Shown: positions 40,107 to 49,927, counted from the first letter of the stretch. The stretch: DNA of 64,000 bases from Candidatus Onthoplasma sp. (GCA_045126575.1 JBGVOQ010000005.1:19-64018), one strand, 5' to 3'. Notes: a model not told the origin generated them from the letters alone. Numbers and translations: made by a program.

Positions 40107-40748
40107 TTAATCTTCTTGTTTATCAGAATTGTCTTCAATTTTGATTTTATCGCCTTGTTGGTTTTGTAATAAAGAGCGAATATCCTTAAGCAAATCAATT
40201 TCGGTTGGATTGTTTAAGCGGTCCTCGGCTTCTTTTTTAGCCTTTTCATCTGCCTCTAGTTTAGCCTTTTCATCTGCCAAACATTTCTTTTCAGTCTCAT
40301 GTTCTGCCCAAACTTCTTTAAACTTACGATTTTGTTCCTTTGCAAGTTTTTTAATTTGCTTGAGTTCAGCCCTAAATTCCTTTTTGGTTTGTTGTTCAAG
40401 CATTTCGCCAAATTCCTCAAGGCGTTTTCTCGAATTAGTTACAACCTTAACCATAATAAACACTGACATTGCAATAATAAAGAAGTCAATTACGTATTGC
40501 AAAAAACTACCATAATTCCAACTAAGTGTTACATTTTTAACACCATCAACCCACTCGTATCTAAGCGGAATACTTAAGTCTTTAACGCTAGAGGCACCTG
40601 TAGCATAGGTAATAAGTGGCATAATGATATCATTAACCAAACTTGAAACAATTTTGTTAAACGCCGTAGCAATAATCATACCTACGGCTAGGTCAAAAAC
40701 ATTGCCACGAGTTATAAACTTTTTAAAATCACTAAAAAACTTTTTCAT
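40107..40748 (-). CDS. mscL: large-conductance mechanosensitive channel MscL with long charged C-terminal extension
   Basis: N-terminus FKKFITRGNVFDLAVGMIIATAFNKIVSSLVNDIIMP is the canonical MscL TM1. It is 213 aa versus a typical 130-150 aa. Confidence 0.85.
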   Translation of the reverse strand: MKKFFSDFKKFITRGNVFDLAVGMIIATAFNKIVSSLVNDIIMPLITYATGASSVKDLSIPLRYEWVDGVKNVTLSWNYGSFLQYVIDFFIIAMSVFIMVKVVTNSRKRLEEFGEMLEQQTKKEFRAELKQIKKLAKEQNRKFKEVWAEHETEKKCLADEKAKLEADEKAKKEAEDRLNNPTEIDLLKDIRSLLQNQQGDKIKIEDNSDKQED

Positions 40749-40823
40749 TTGTACGCTCCTTACAAAGCATTATATCACATATTCTTTTTAATTACAATAT
40801 TTAAACACAAAAATTATAATCTT

Positions 40824-42461
40824 TTAAAACAGTCCTTCAATTTTGCCATTTTCATCTATTGTCATATTTTCGTAAGCCGAGTTCTTGGCAAGTCCTGGCA
40901 TTAACAACATATTACCAGCAATAGCCACAATAAATTCAGCACCACCCATTACCTGAATATCCTTAATAGTTATGTCAAAATCGGTAGGCGCATTAATCTT
41001 GCCCTTATCATCACTAAAACTATACTGCGTTTTGGCAATAACAACTGGGAATTTATCGTATTGAGTACCTTTAATTTCCTTTAATTTACTTTTAGCTTCG
41101 GCAGAATATTTAACCTTGCCTGCATGGTAAATACGTGTAGCCACTTTTTCAATTTTTGTTTCAATATTATCGGCTAAATCATATGCAAACTTAACTTGTG
41201 TATTACTGTTACACAATTTAATAACTTTGTTAGCCAAATCACATGCGCCCTTACTTCCATCGCTAAAGGCAGTTGTAACAGCAACTTCCACATTTTTGCT
41301 TTTGGCAAATCGTTTTACAACCTCAATTTCCTGCTCAGTATCAAAATTAAATTTGTTTATTGCCACAACCACAGGCAAGTTATGTACCTGTTTAATATTG
41401 TCAATATGTCGTTCCAAATTTGCAAGACCGTTATTAAGCGCACTCATATTTTCTTTATTTATTTCATCTATATTTGCTCCGCCATGGAACTTAAGAGCCT
41501 TTATAGTTACAACTAAAACTACACTATCAGGGCTAATACCATTAACTTGACATTTAAGGTCAATAAACTTTTCTGCGCCAAGGTCAGCGCCAAAGCCAGC
41601 CTCCGTCACAACGTAATCGCTATGAGATAAAGCAAACTTAGTTGCTCTAATACTATTGCAACCATGCGCAATATTGGCAAATGGTCCACAATGCACAATA
41701 GCCGGTGTATGTTCTAGCGTTTGCACAAGGTTTGGCTTGATTGCATCTTTTAATAATATTGCCATTGCATCTTGCGCCTTTAAATCACTCGCATAAATCA
41801 ACTTGTCATCACCATCTTTTCCAACAATGATATTGCCAAGCCTTCTTTTTAAATCTTGTAAATCGGTAGCCAAAGTAAGTATTGCCATCATTTCACTTGC
41901 GCTAGTTATGGTAAATTTATCTTTTCTGCCACCAAAAATCTCAACACTTTTAAGCGCCCTATCATTAACATCTAAACACCTTTTAAAGTATACTTCCTTA
42001 ATGTTAAGTTGATTGCCTTGAAATATATGATTATCTATAATGGCTGATAGTAGATTATTTGCACTGGTTATAGCATGCATATCACCTGTAAAGTGTAAAT
42101 TAATTTTGTCCATTGGCACAATTTGTGAATATCCGCCACCACATGCTCCGCCTTTGATACCAAACACTGGTCCAAGCGATGGCTCACGTAAAGTTACGCA
42201 TGCGCTTTTACCTAATGCACTTAATGCGTCAGCAAGCCCTATTGCAACAGTGGATTTGCCTTCACCAAACTTTGTAGGGCTAATTGCAGTAACTAATATC
42301 AATTTACCTTGGCTTGATTTGGCTGCAATGCTGTCCATATCAATTTTTGCAATATCGTTGCCATATAGTTCAAGATGCTTTTTATTTACTCCTATTTTTT
42401 TTGCAACCTTTAATATTGGCAAATTTTTATTTTGTAAAGATATTTCAATATCGGATAACAT
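40824..42461 (-). CDS. fhs: formate--tetrahydrofolate ligase
   Basis: 545 aa. N-terminus ..DIEI......I..VA.K.G and the nucleotide loop SPTKFGEGKST. Collinear with FTHFS. Confidence 0.92.
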   Translation of the reverse strand: MLSDIEISLQNKNLPILKVAKKIGVNKKHLELYGNDIAKIDMDSIAAKSSQGKLILVTAISPTKFGEGKSTVAIGLADALSALGKSACVTLREPSLGPVFGIKGGACGGGYSQIVPMDKINLHFTGDMHAITSANNLLSAIIDNHIFQGNQLNIKEVYFKRCLDVNDRALKSVEIFGGRKDKFTITSASEMMAILTLATDLQDLKRRLGNIIVGKDGDDKLIYASDLKAQDAMAILLKDAIKPNLVQTLEHTPAIVHCGPFANIAHGCNSIRATKFALSHSDYVVTEAGFGADLGAEKFIDLKCQVNGISPDSVVLVVTIKALKFHGGANIDEINKENMSALNNGLANLERHIDNIKQVHNLPVVVAINKFNFDTEQEIEVVKRFAKSKNVEVAVTTAFSDGSKGACDLANKVIKLCNSNTQVKFAYDLADNIETKIEKVATRIYHAGKVKYSAEAKSKLKEIKGTQYDKFPVVIAKTQYSFSDDKGKINAPTDFDITIKDIQVMGGAEFIVAIAGNMLLMPGLAKNSAYENMTIDENGKIEGLF

Positions 42462-42546
42462 ACCATATCCTCCTTTAACTTAATAATTTAATGAAAAAGG
42501 ACCTTTCGGTCCAATTTCTATAACAGTCAAACTGCTCACCTAAATC

Positions 42547-43086
42547 CTAATAATTTTTCTCATCAACTTGGAAGTATGATTGAGGATGAGAACAAACAGG
42601 ACATATCTTAGGTGCAGTTTTTGAAACGTGTTTATGTCCACAATTTAAACAAACCCAAACTACTGCAGATTTCTTAGCAAAAGCCTTTTTATTTTTAACA
42701 TTTTCAGCCAATGCCTTATAACGTTCTTCGTGCTCCTTTTCAATCTTGGCAACACCTTCAAACATTTTGGCAATTTCCTTAAAGCCTTCCTTCTTTGCAG
42801 TTTTTGCAAATTCAGCGTACATCTCTGTCCACTCATAGGCTTCCCCTTGGGCTGCTTCTAAAAGGTTGGTAAGTGTGTCACTTACGCTACCACCATTTAA
42901 CAACTTGTACCACATTTTAGCATGTTCCTTTTCGTTGTTGGCAGTTTCCTCAAAAATGTTGGCAATTTGCACATATCCATCTTTCTTAGCCTTACTTGCA
43001 AAGAAAGTGTACTTGTTACGTGCTTGACTTTCGCCTGCAAAAGCGGCCATTAAATTTTGCTCGGTTTGGCTTCCCTTCAACTCCAT
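42547..43086 (-). CDS. rbr: rubrerythrin
   Basis: I place the start at ATG 43086 ([26 protein letters not shown]) after GGAGGA. It has a di-iron four-helix domain (E..H motifs) plus a C-terminal rubredoxin CxxC...CPVC. Confidence 0.88.
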   Translation of the reverse strand: MELKGSQTEQNLMAAFAGESQARNKYTFFASKAKKDGYVQIANIFEETANNEKEHAKMWYKLLNGGSVSDTLTNLLEAAQGEAYEWTEMYAEFAKTAKKEGFKEIAKMFEGVAKIEKEHEERYKALAENVKNKKAFAKKSAVVWVCLNCGHKHVSKTAPKICPVCSHPQSYFQVDEKNY

Positions 43087-43324
43087 TAAAATTTCCTCCA
43101 TTAAGTTGATACTCATATAATAATTAAAAAATTAAAAAAAGGCAAATAATTTTAATGCCTTTTTTAAAAATATTTTATTTTTTTTACAAAATACTTATTT
43201 ATAGTATTTAATCGGTATTTTGTTTTATTAATTTTTACCTTAAATATCAATGCTGTCAACATTACAATAATATTTAATAACTTCAACCTTACGATTTTTA
43301 AAATATTTCTTTTTATTTAATTAT

Positions 43325-43618
43325 TTAAATTATTGTAGGGTCTTGCTTTAAAATTTGCTCAATATCACCATATTCCCTTTTTAATTTAAGAAGGTCTTGT
43401 TTTAATTCACTATGTGACATTACAAAAATATTTGGATTGGCCAACATTAAAATATCTAGGTCATATTTAGGATAGCCATATTCAATTAACAGTTTGCAAT
43501 TATCAACAAATTCATTATAGGTTGTTACCTCTAGCATTGGCGCAAATGTTGACATACTATCAATTTCGGAATCAGAAATATTATATTTTTTGATAAAATT
43601 TATTATTTTAGAGTCCAT
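43325..43618 (-). CDS. hypothetical protein (97 aa), possibly a short mTERF-like repeat protein
   Basis: It overlaps the upstream gene's stop by 11 nt. Contains ..ANPNIFVMSHSELKQDLLKLK.., resembling the repeat unit of the upstream protein. Confidence 0.5.
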   Translation of the reverse strand: MDSKIINFIKKYNISDSEIDSMSTFAPMLEVTTYNEFVDNCKLLIEYGYPKYDLDILMLANPNIFVMSHSELKQDLLKLKREYGDIEQILKQDPTII

Positions 43619-44900
43619 TATTCACCCCGTGTTCATCTCTTATATATCGTTTTTCAGCACTATTAAAATCTTCAATTTCGCCTTCTTCCAAAACTGACAT
43701 CATTGAATATATTACATCCTCGGTAAGTTTATATTCCTTAATCAGGTCATCACTACTTACACCAAAATCTTTTTTAAATCTTTCTTCCCCTTCCAAAAGT
43801 TTTGCAACACTAACCTTTTTACCTTCATTTATCATAAAGCATAATCTTGCATAGGTTTTGTGCTGGCTAGTAGTAGTCCAACCTCTTTTAAGAATATCCT
43901 CCCTATCAGCCACTTGCCTTAAAATCAAATATCTAATTTTTAAAGTGTTTGCAGGAGCACTTAGCACCATAGGATTCTTTTTAATAATGAAAGTATCCAT
44001 ATGCATTTCCTGTAATTGCTTATGCTTTTGCTTAATATCATCTTCCGAATATGTTAATGTTGCAGGCAACTTTTTGACAACTTCAGCAAAATCCTGTTGA
44101 CTGAAATTAAATTCCTTTTTACAATTTTCTATTTTTTCCTTAATATTTTTATCTGACAAACTAAACACTGTTGGCATCTTGACAATAATCTCAGTAAACT
44201 CAGCATCACTTACACCAAGTTCTCGTTGATAAATTTTAGCTTTTTGTTTAACAGTTTCTATTGAAAATCCCAATAATGAAGGAAAGACCTTTATCATCTT
44301 TGCAAATTCTTTATCTTTTAAATTAAATTGTTGCTTATAAAACTCTGTAGTATCAGTAACATTTTCCTCCGATAAAGATAAAAGTGATGGCATCTTTTTA
44401 ATCATTTTGCTAAACTCATCTTTACTTAAGCCAAATTGTTTTTTGTAAAAATCAACCTTCTGTTTAACACTATCTAAGGAGTATGCTAACATTGAAGGCA
44501 AAAGTTTTATCATATCCTTTAGTTTGGATTGACTTATATCAAATTCTTTTTTATAGTATTCTAACTTTTCCTTCATAGTGTCTTCCGAATAACTTATTAC
44601 AGAAGGCAAATCTTTTAAAATTTCTATAAATTCATCTTTGGTTAACTTAAGTTCTCTTTGATAAAACCCTGCTTTATTTTTAACACTCGTTTCTTCATAG
44701 AATAAAATTGCTGGCATTGTTTTTACCATTTTATCAAAATCTGCTTTTGTTAATTTAAATTCTTTTTGGTAAAAGCTGATTCTATCTAAAATTTCCTGTT
44801 CTGATTTATCATGTCTTAAATGTTGTAAAACATCTGCCTTTTCTTTTAAATCCTTCTGTGTCCAGCCAAAATGTTTTACTAAAATATCTTTAATTTTCAT
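43608..44900 (-). CDS. tandem 36-aa helical-repeat protein (mTERF-like)
   Basis: 430 aa with seven exact-length 36-aa repeats (residues 48-299), consensus F.LsK.eF.kmiK.lPs.Ls.S.e.vK.K..fYkke, plus degenerate flanking repeats and a roughly 130-aa unique C-terminus. Confidence 0.6.
   Translation of the reverse strand: MKIKDILVKHFGWTQKDLKEKADVLQHLRHDKSEQEILDRISFYQKEFKLTKADFDKMVKTMPAILFYEETSVKNKAGFYQRELKLTKDEFIEILKDLPSVISYSEDTMKEKLEYYKKEFDISQSKLKDMIKLLPSMLAYSLDSVKQKVDFYKKQFGLSKDEFSKMIKKMPSLLSLSEENVTDTTEFYKQQFNLKDKEFAKMIKVFPSLLGFSIETVKQKAKIYQRELGVSDAEFTEIIVKMPTVFSLSDKNIKEKIENCKKEFNFSQQDFAEVVKKLPATLTYSEDDIKQKHKQLQEMHMDTFIIKKNPMVLSAPANTLKIRYLILRQVADREDILKRGWTTTSQHKTYARLCFMINEGKKVSVAKLLEGEERFKKDFGVSSDDLIKEYKLTEDVIYSMMSVLEEGEIEDFNSAEKRYIRDEHGVNNGL
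44004..44759 (-). repeat. seven tandem 108-nt coding repeats
   Basis: Deduced from the 36-aa periodicity of the translation. The repeats are diverged at nucleotide level. Confidence 0.8.
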
Positions 44901-44929
44901 AACATTTCTCCCTTTGCATTTTAATTTAA

Positions 44930-46210
44930 TTATTTCTTCTTAAATTTATCTTTTTTACGCACCAAATTTTTTTCACGACCATTTCCACTTGGAATATAAT
45001 ACACATGGTCTTTCAAACTATTTGGCATATACTGCTGTTCAACATATCCGCCATAGTCGTGCGGATATTTGTATGGATTTGGATTTTCGGTGTCGTAATG
45101 ATAATTTTTAAGATATTCGGGAATTTTGTCGTCTGCCGACATTGTTGCATCCGTATTCGCCTTACCCATTGCTACATACACACTATTCGATTTTTCCGCC
45201 TCACACGCATATATAATTGCATGGCTCAAAGCGAGATTGCCCTCTGGCATACCTAAATTTTTAAGCGCATAATGAGCTGATATTGCAAGAAGTAGTGCAT
45301 TGCTATCAGCCATACCAATATCTTCGCTACAATGCGCAATCAATCTACGAGCAATTAGTAGCGGGTCACAACCTGCATTTATAAGTCTTTGGCTGTAATA
45401 CAATGCTGCATCTGTATCGCTTCCCCGTATACTTTTACAAAAGCAACTAAGCAGGTCGTAGTACATATTTTCATCAACGCTAATTGCCTTTTGTTGAATG
45501 CATTGCTCGGCTACTTTTTCGTCAATTAGCAATTTACCATCAGCAAAGGTTGTTGTCATAACTGCAAGTTCTAATCCGTTCATAGCATTACGCAAATCAC
45601 CGCTACTAGCATATGCAAGATGATTAAGCGCCTTAGGTGTAATTTCCACCTTAACCCTACCATAGCCATGTTCCTTATCGTTAATTGCATTAAGAAGTGC
45701 ATCCTTAATATCATTTAATTCTAGTGGCAAAAATTTAAATACTCTACACCTACTAACAATAGCCGGTGTCATACTCACATGTGGATTTTCGGTAGTCGAA
45801 CCAATAAATGTAATATACCCCTTTTCAACCGCCTCAAGCACGCAGTCACTTTGCGCCTTGCTCCAGCGGTGACATTCATCTAATATTAAGAATGTGGACT
45901 TACCATAAAGTTCAAAGTTTGACTTTGCTTCATCAATAATCTTTTTGGCATCCGCCACACCTGATGATACGGCATTAAGCTTTCTAACCTCATTATGCAT
46001 AGCATTGGCGATTATAAATGCCAATGTAGTTTTACCCACACCAGGCGGTCCATAAAATATACAACTACCTAATCTATTAATCTTAATTGCGCGCCTAAGC
46101 AATGTATCCTCACCTACAATATGCTTTTGACCAACAAACTCGTCAAGCGTTCTAGGCCTCATACGTTCTGCCAGTGGCGCATTCTTGTTATTCATATCAA
46201 ATATATTCAT
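44930..46210 (-). CDS. rarA: replication-associated recombination protein A (AAA+ ATPase RarA/MgsA)
   Basis: 426 aa: PLAERMRP..LDEFVGQ.H..G....LRR.I, Walker A GPPGVGKTT, Walker B LILDECHR, MgsA C-terminal domain. Confidence 0.9.
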   Translation of the reverse strand: MNIFDMNNKNAPLAERMRPRTLDEFVGQKHIVGEDTLLRRAIKINRLGSCIFYGPPGVGKTTLAFIIANAMHNEVRKLNAVSSGVADAKKIIDEAKSNFELYGKSTFLILDECHRWSKAQSDCVLEAVEKGYITFIGSTTENPHVSMTPAIVSRCRVFKFLPLELNDIKDALLNAINDKEHGYGRVKVEITPKALNHLAYASSGDLRNAMNGLELAVMTTTFADGKLLIDEKVAEQCIQQKAISVDENMYYDLLSCFCKSIRGSDTDAALYYSQRLINAGCDPLLIARRLIAHCSEDIGMADSNALLLAISAHYALKNLGMPEGNLALSHAIIYACEAEKSNSVYVAMGKANTDATMSADDKIPEYLKNYHYDTENPNPYKYPHDYGGYVEQQYMPNSLKDHVYYIPSGNGREKNLVRKKDKFKKK

Positions 46211-46295
46211 AATTACATTATATCATATATTCCCAATTTTGAAAATACTTTTTAATAAAGTTAATAAAAAAAGAAAAATTGAATTATCAACTTTT

Positions 46296-46499
46296 CTAAT
46301 CTTCCAACCCTAAAATATAGTCTGTACTAACTTTAAATAATTGTGCAATTTTGCATAATTGCTCTAGATTGCATTCCCTTTGACCCAATTCCCAATAGCT
46401 AATTGTACGTGGATTAATTTGCAAAAGATTAGCCAAGTCGTTCCTTGACAATTTTTTTTCACTTCGCAACTCCTTAAGTCTTTCAGCAAACTTTATCAT
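46296..46499 (-). CDS. XRE-family HTH transcriptional regulator (67 aa)
   Basis: MIKFAERLKELRSEKKLSRNDLANLLQINPRTISYWELGQREC.. is a canonical Cro/C1-type HTH. Confidence 0.8.
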   Translation of the reverse strand: MIKFAERLKELRSEKKLSRNDLANLLQINPRTISYWELGQRECNLEQLCKIAQLFKVSTDYILGLED

Positions 46500-46533
46500 T
46501 TATATAACATTAGAACAATATGTCCTCAAATAC

Positions 46534-46562
46534 TTGACTTATACCATTAGACTCTATATAAT
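46534..46562 (+). promoter_or_regulatory. sigma-A promoter for the 428-aa gene
   Basis: TTGACT (46534..46539), 17 nt, TATAAT (46557..46562). It sits in the 90-bp divergent spacer shared with the XRE gene. Confidence 0.6.
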
Positions 46563-46589
46563 TATAATTAGTTACAAAAAGGAGTATCT

Positions 46590-47876
46590 ATGGATAAATT
46601 ATTACAAGAATCAGAATCATATTTATTTTCGCTACGTTTTGGAGCATCTCTCTTCGGTAACGATGACCTATTAAAGACCATTGATGATTATCAAAAAAAA
46701 TTAACATCTCAAAGCAAATTTAACGAACAGATAAATTACAATCAAAATGACCTACTTAATCAAAATCTAAGATTATCTCAATCAGCCAAAGCATTAAAAT
46801 CAGCAATGCAAGCATATAGGGAGCATCCAGAAAATTCTTATAACCTAACTAATTTCCTATATCAACTACATAATTACAGAATGTTACAAGCAGATAAAGA
46901 AAAAATAGAACGAGTAGTTAAAGACCAGGAAATAGTTAGCGAAATGTTTGGAAATTTTACAACCGATAAACAAGTAAAAAAGGGATCCAAAGTAGTTATG
47001 GAATATAAATCAAGCCAAGAGTTACTTGATGAGCGAAATGACCGCCTTGCGATGCTTAATCAAATGCATGTTAATGGAGATATCAGTGATGCAGAGTTTG
47101 CTAAAAGTGTTGTAGCTGTTAGACGTACATATGATCGTAATATCGAAACACAAACCGTTAGAGAGGTTAATGCAGAAGCTTTAGCCCATCAACAAGAAAA
47201 CACCGTTGGCGAAAAGCTTAAATCAAAAGCAAAAGGTATTTTTGCAAAGGTTGCAAAAGTATTTAAAATAGATGTTGAAAATGTTAAGGATGTTGAAGTT
47301 GCAAACGAACAAGACGATTTAAAGCGACAAATAATTGACCGCAATGCTGCTCAGGCATTGGGAAAGGCTGCTGATATATTGGCTCAAAACAATGATTTGT
47401 CCAAAGATGCCGTTATTGATGAAATCACAGAACTAACCAAAGATGGTGGCGAGATTATGAAATCGCAATCTAATGAAATAGATCTCACAAAAATTGCACA
47501 GGAAATATATAAAAACCAAATTCTTAGTGCAAAAACTGAGGGGGATAAAGAATATTATCGCAACAGAATTGTTAATTTTGGACAAGTTCTAGTTGCTAAT
47601 GGGAACGGTGAAATATCTGTAAATCGTAATTTGGAAAGTCAAAAACAAGAATTTAAAGCATATATGTGGAGAACATATGAGACCAAACAAGAATTTAAAG
47701 ATGGTATATCTGTTCCAATTGTAAGTTTTAAAGATGAAGCTATTGAAAAGTTTTATTGGGACACAATGCGTCAATTTGACCAAAATATAGCAAAAGCCAA
47801 TGAAATGCTCAATGTTCAGGACGTTGTTAAAGATATGACTGAGCAAAACCAAGCAAAAAAAGAAAATAGTCGCTAG
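46590..47876 (+). CDS. hypothetical protein (428 aa, predicted mostly helical)
   Basis: ORF with an AAAGGAG RBS. Rich in Q/N/K/E. No family recognised. Confidence 0.55.
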   Translation: MDKLLQESESYLFSLRFGASLFGNDDLLKTIDDYQKKLTSQSKFNEQINYNQNDLLNQNLRLSQSAKALKSAMQAYREHPENSYNLTNFLYQLHNYRMLQADKEKIERVVKDQEIVSEMFGNFTTDKQVKKGSKVVMEYKSSQELLDERNDRLAMLNQMHVNGDISDAEFAKSVVAVRRTYDRNIETQTVREVNAEALAHQQENTVGEKLKSKAKGIFAKVAKVFKIDVENVKDVEVANEQDDLKRQIIDRNAAQALGKAADILAQNNDLSKDAVIDEITELTKDGGEIMKSQSNEIDLTKIAQEIYKNQILSAKTEGDKEYYRNRIVNFGQVLVANGNGEISVNRNLESQKQEFKAYMWRTYETKQEFKDGISVPIVSFKDEAIEKFYWDTMRQFDQNIAKANEMLNVQDVVKDMTEQNQAKKENSR

Positions 47877-47889
47877 ACTATTTTTTTTA
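47866..47889 (+). terminator. Rho-independent terminator overlapping the stop codon
   Basis: ATAGTC-GCTA-GACTAT, followed by TTTTTTTT. The TAG stop lies in the loop and 3' arm. Confidence 0.7.
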
Positions 47890-47979
47890 TTTTTTCATAT
47901 ACATATTTTAATTTTTATTTGACAAAATATAAATATAGGCATATAATTTTTATATTAAATATATTTTAAAGGGGAAATT

Positions 47980-49113
47980 ATGAGTAAAATTAAAATCGGT
48001 ATTAATGGTTTTGGCCGTATTGGCCGTATTGTGCTACGTGCATGCTTGGAGCGTGATGATATTGAAGTGGTTGGTATCAACGATCCATTTATCACTCCTG
48101 AATATGCGTGCTACTTGTTTAACTTTGACACCGTTCACGGCAGAGCTAAACATACTATGACACTAAAAGGCGACTTACTTACAGTTGGCAAAATGAAAAT
48201 TAAATTCCACGCTGAATATGAACCTGAAAATATTGGCTGGGATAAATGCGGTGCCGAATATATTGTTGAAGCAACTGGTAAATTTACCAAATATGCGGAT
48301 GCTAAGCGTCACCTAACCGCCGGCGCTAAAAAGGTTATTGTTAGTGCCCCTGGCAAGGAAATGCCTATGTTTGTTTATGGTGTAAACCACAGCGAATATA
48401 AAACAAGTATGGACGTTGTTAGCAACGCAAGTTGTACAACCAACTGCTTTGCTCCACTTGTAAAGATGATTGATGATGCATTTGGCGTGGAAGAAGGTTT
48501 GATGAGCACAATCCACTCTACTACCGCTACCCAACTTACTGTTGACGGTGTATCCAAAAAGGACTGGCGTGGTGGCCGTGCTGCAAGTTCTAATATTATC
48601 CCAAGTTCTACTGGAGCAGCTAAGGCTGTTGACCAAATTATTCCTACACTTAAAGGCAAACTTACCGGTATGAGTTTCCGTGTTCCTACAATTAATGTAA
48701 GCGTGGTAGACTTTACTGTAAAACTAAAAAAGAAAACTACCTATGAAGATATCTGTGCCGAAATTAGACGTCGTGCAACCACAGATATGGCTGGCATTGT
48801 AGATGTATGCGACCAACCACTTGTTAGCAGCGACTTTGTTGGTGATAAACATACTTGTATCTTTGACGAAAAGGCTGGTATTATGATTAGCCCTAAATTT
48901 GTAAAACTTGTTGCATGGTATGATAACGAATATGGCTATAGTTGCAAATTGGTTGATTTGATTGCAGCAATGTACGCTAAGGACCACAAAAAAGAATTGG
49001 TAGCAAAGGCTACTAAAAAAGTAGGCGCAAAAACTGCTACAAAAACTACCTCCAGCAAGAACACTAAAAAAACTGTAAGTCAAAAAACTGTTAAGAAGAC
49101 CGTAAAAAAATAA
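47980..49113 (+). CDS. gap: glyceraldehyde-3-phosphate dehydrogenase (GapA / eukaryote-like type) with Lys/Thr-rich C-terminal tail
   Basis: INGFGRIGR, catalytic SNASCTTNC, KDWRGGR, IIPSSTGAAKAV and WYDNEYGYS motifs. It is 377 aa, about 40 aa longer than usual. Confidence 0.92.
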   Translation: MSKIKIGINGFGRIGRIVLRACLERDDIEVVGINDPFITPEYACYLFNFDTVHGRAKHTMTLKGDLLTVGKMKIKFHAEYEPENIGWDKCGAEYIVEATGKFTKYADAKRHLTAGAKKVIVSAPGKEMPMFVYGVNHSEYKTSMDVVSNASCTTNCFAPLVKMIDDAFGVEEGLMSTIHSTTATQLTVDGVSKKDWRGGRAASSNIIPSSTGAAKAVDQIIPTLKGKLTGMSFRVPTINVSVVDFTVKLKKKTTYEDICAEIRRRATTDMAGIVDVCDQPLVSSDFVGDKHTCIFDEKAGIMISPKFVKLVAWYDNEYGYSCKLVDLIAAMYAKDHKKELVAKATKKVGAKTATKTTSSKNTKKTVSQKTVKKTVKK

Positions 49114-49128
49114 TTTACATACTATCAT

Positions 49129-49159
49129 AAAAAATGGAACTTCAAAGTTCCATTTTTTA
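49129..49159. terminator. bidirectional terminator (gap / 245-aa gene)
   Basis: A-run, ATGGAACTT-CAA-AGTTCCAT, T-run. Confidence 0.75.
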
Positions 49160-49181
49160 TTACTTTTATATAGATTATATT

Positions 49182-49919
49182 CTATTTCCTGTACCTTGTA
49201 TCAAACTTATTTTTAATAGCCATAACACACCAACAAGCAATTACTGTAACTATTGATAAAATCACAAATAGGTACATCCAAAATTGTAGTTTAAAGAATT
49301 TTTCAAGCACAACATACCCCATTAGGATAACACACATTGCCATTGGATTATACAACAAATTTTTATTAAACTTAGGCTTAGTATAATAACTCTCTGCATT
49401 TTTATCGTCTAGTGTTATAGTATGCGCTTCAGGCATTGTGAATATATGATTTTTAAAACCACTTTCTATTAGTTTACTCATCACATCTGCACTTATATAT
49501 TGCAGTTTTATGCTGGCATATTCATCTGGAACACCAAATATAAAATTGGTAAACTTCTGGTAAAACCACAACTTAAATCGCTTCCATGCATTTAATCTCT
49601 TTTTTACATAGATAACATCTGGTTTAGCTTTTAATCTTTCCCTTATATCTTCAACAATATTTAAGTCCAATTCGGCACTAGCATAGTATAGCAATACATT
49701 TTGTAACTTAAACCTTTCCGACTTAATATATTTATCAATGGTTACGTTTACATTTTTGTTGTAGATTGAAATAACTCTAGTAACAATATATTTATTTCCT
49801 AAAATTTTAGGAACAAGTTTAGCATCAACAAAGAACTTGATATTATCTCCCAGATTTTCCAGTAAAGATATTTTATGTTCTATGTTATCCAAACTATCAA
49901 TAACAAAAAATATTTCCAT
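49182..49919 (-). CDS. hypothetical membrane-anchored protein (245 aa)
   Basis: Soluble N-terminal roughly 190 aa followed by two C-terminal TM helices. The layout is reminiscent of GT2/GtrB-type enzymes, but I see no DxD motif. GGAGA RBS. Confidence 0.5.
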   Translation of the reverse strand: MEIFFVIDSLDNIEHKISLLENLGDNIKFFVDAKLVPKILGNKYIVTRVISIYNKNVNVTIDKYIKSERFKLQNVLLYYASAELDLNIVEDIRERLKAKPDVIYVKKRLNAWKRFKLWFYQKFTNFIFGVPDEYASIKLQYISADVMSKLIESGFKNHIFTMPEAHTITLDDKNAESYYTKPKFNKNLLYNPMAMCVILMGYVVLEKFFKLQFWMYLFVILSIVTVIACWCVMAIKNKFDTRYRK

Positions 49920-49927
49920 TTTATCTC

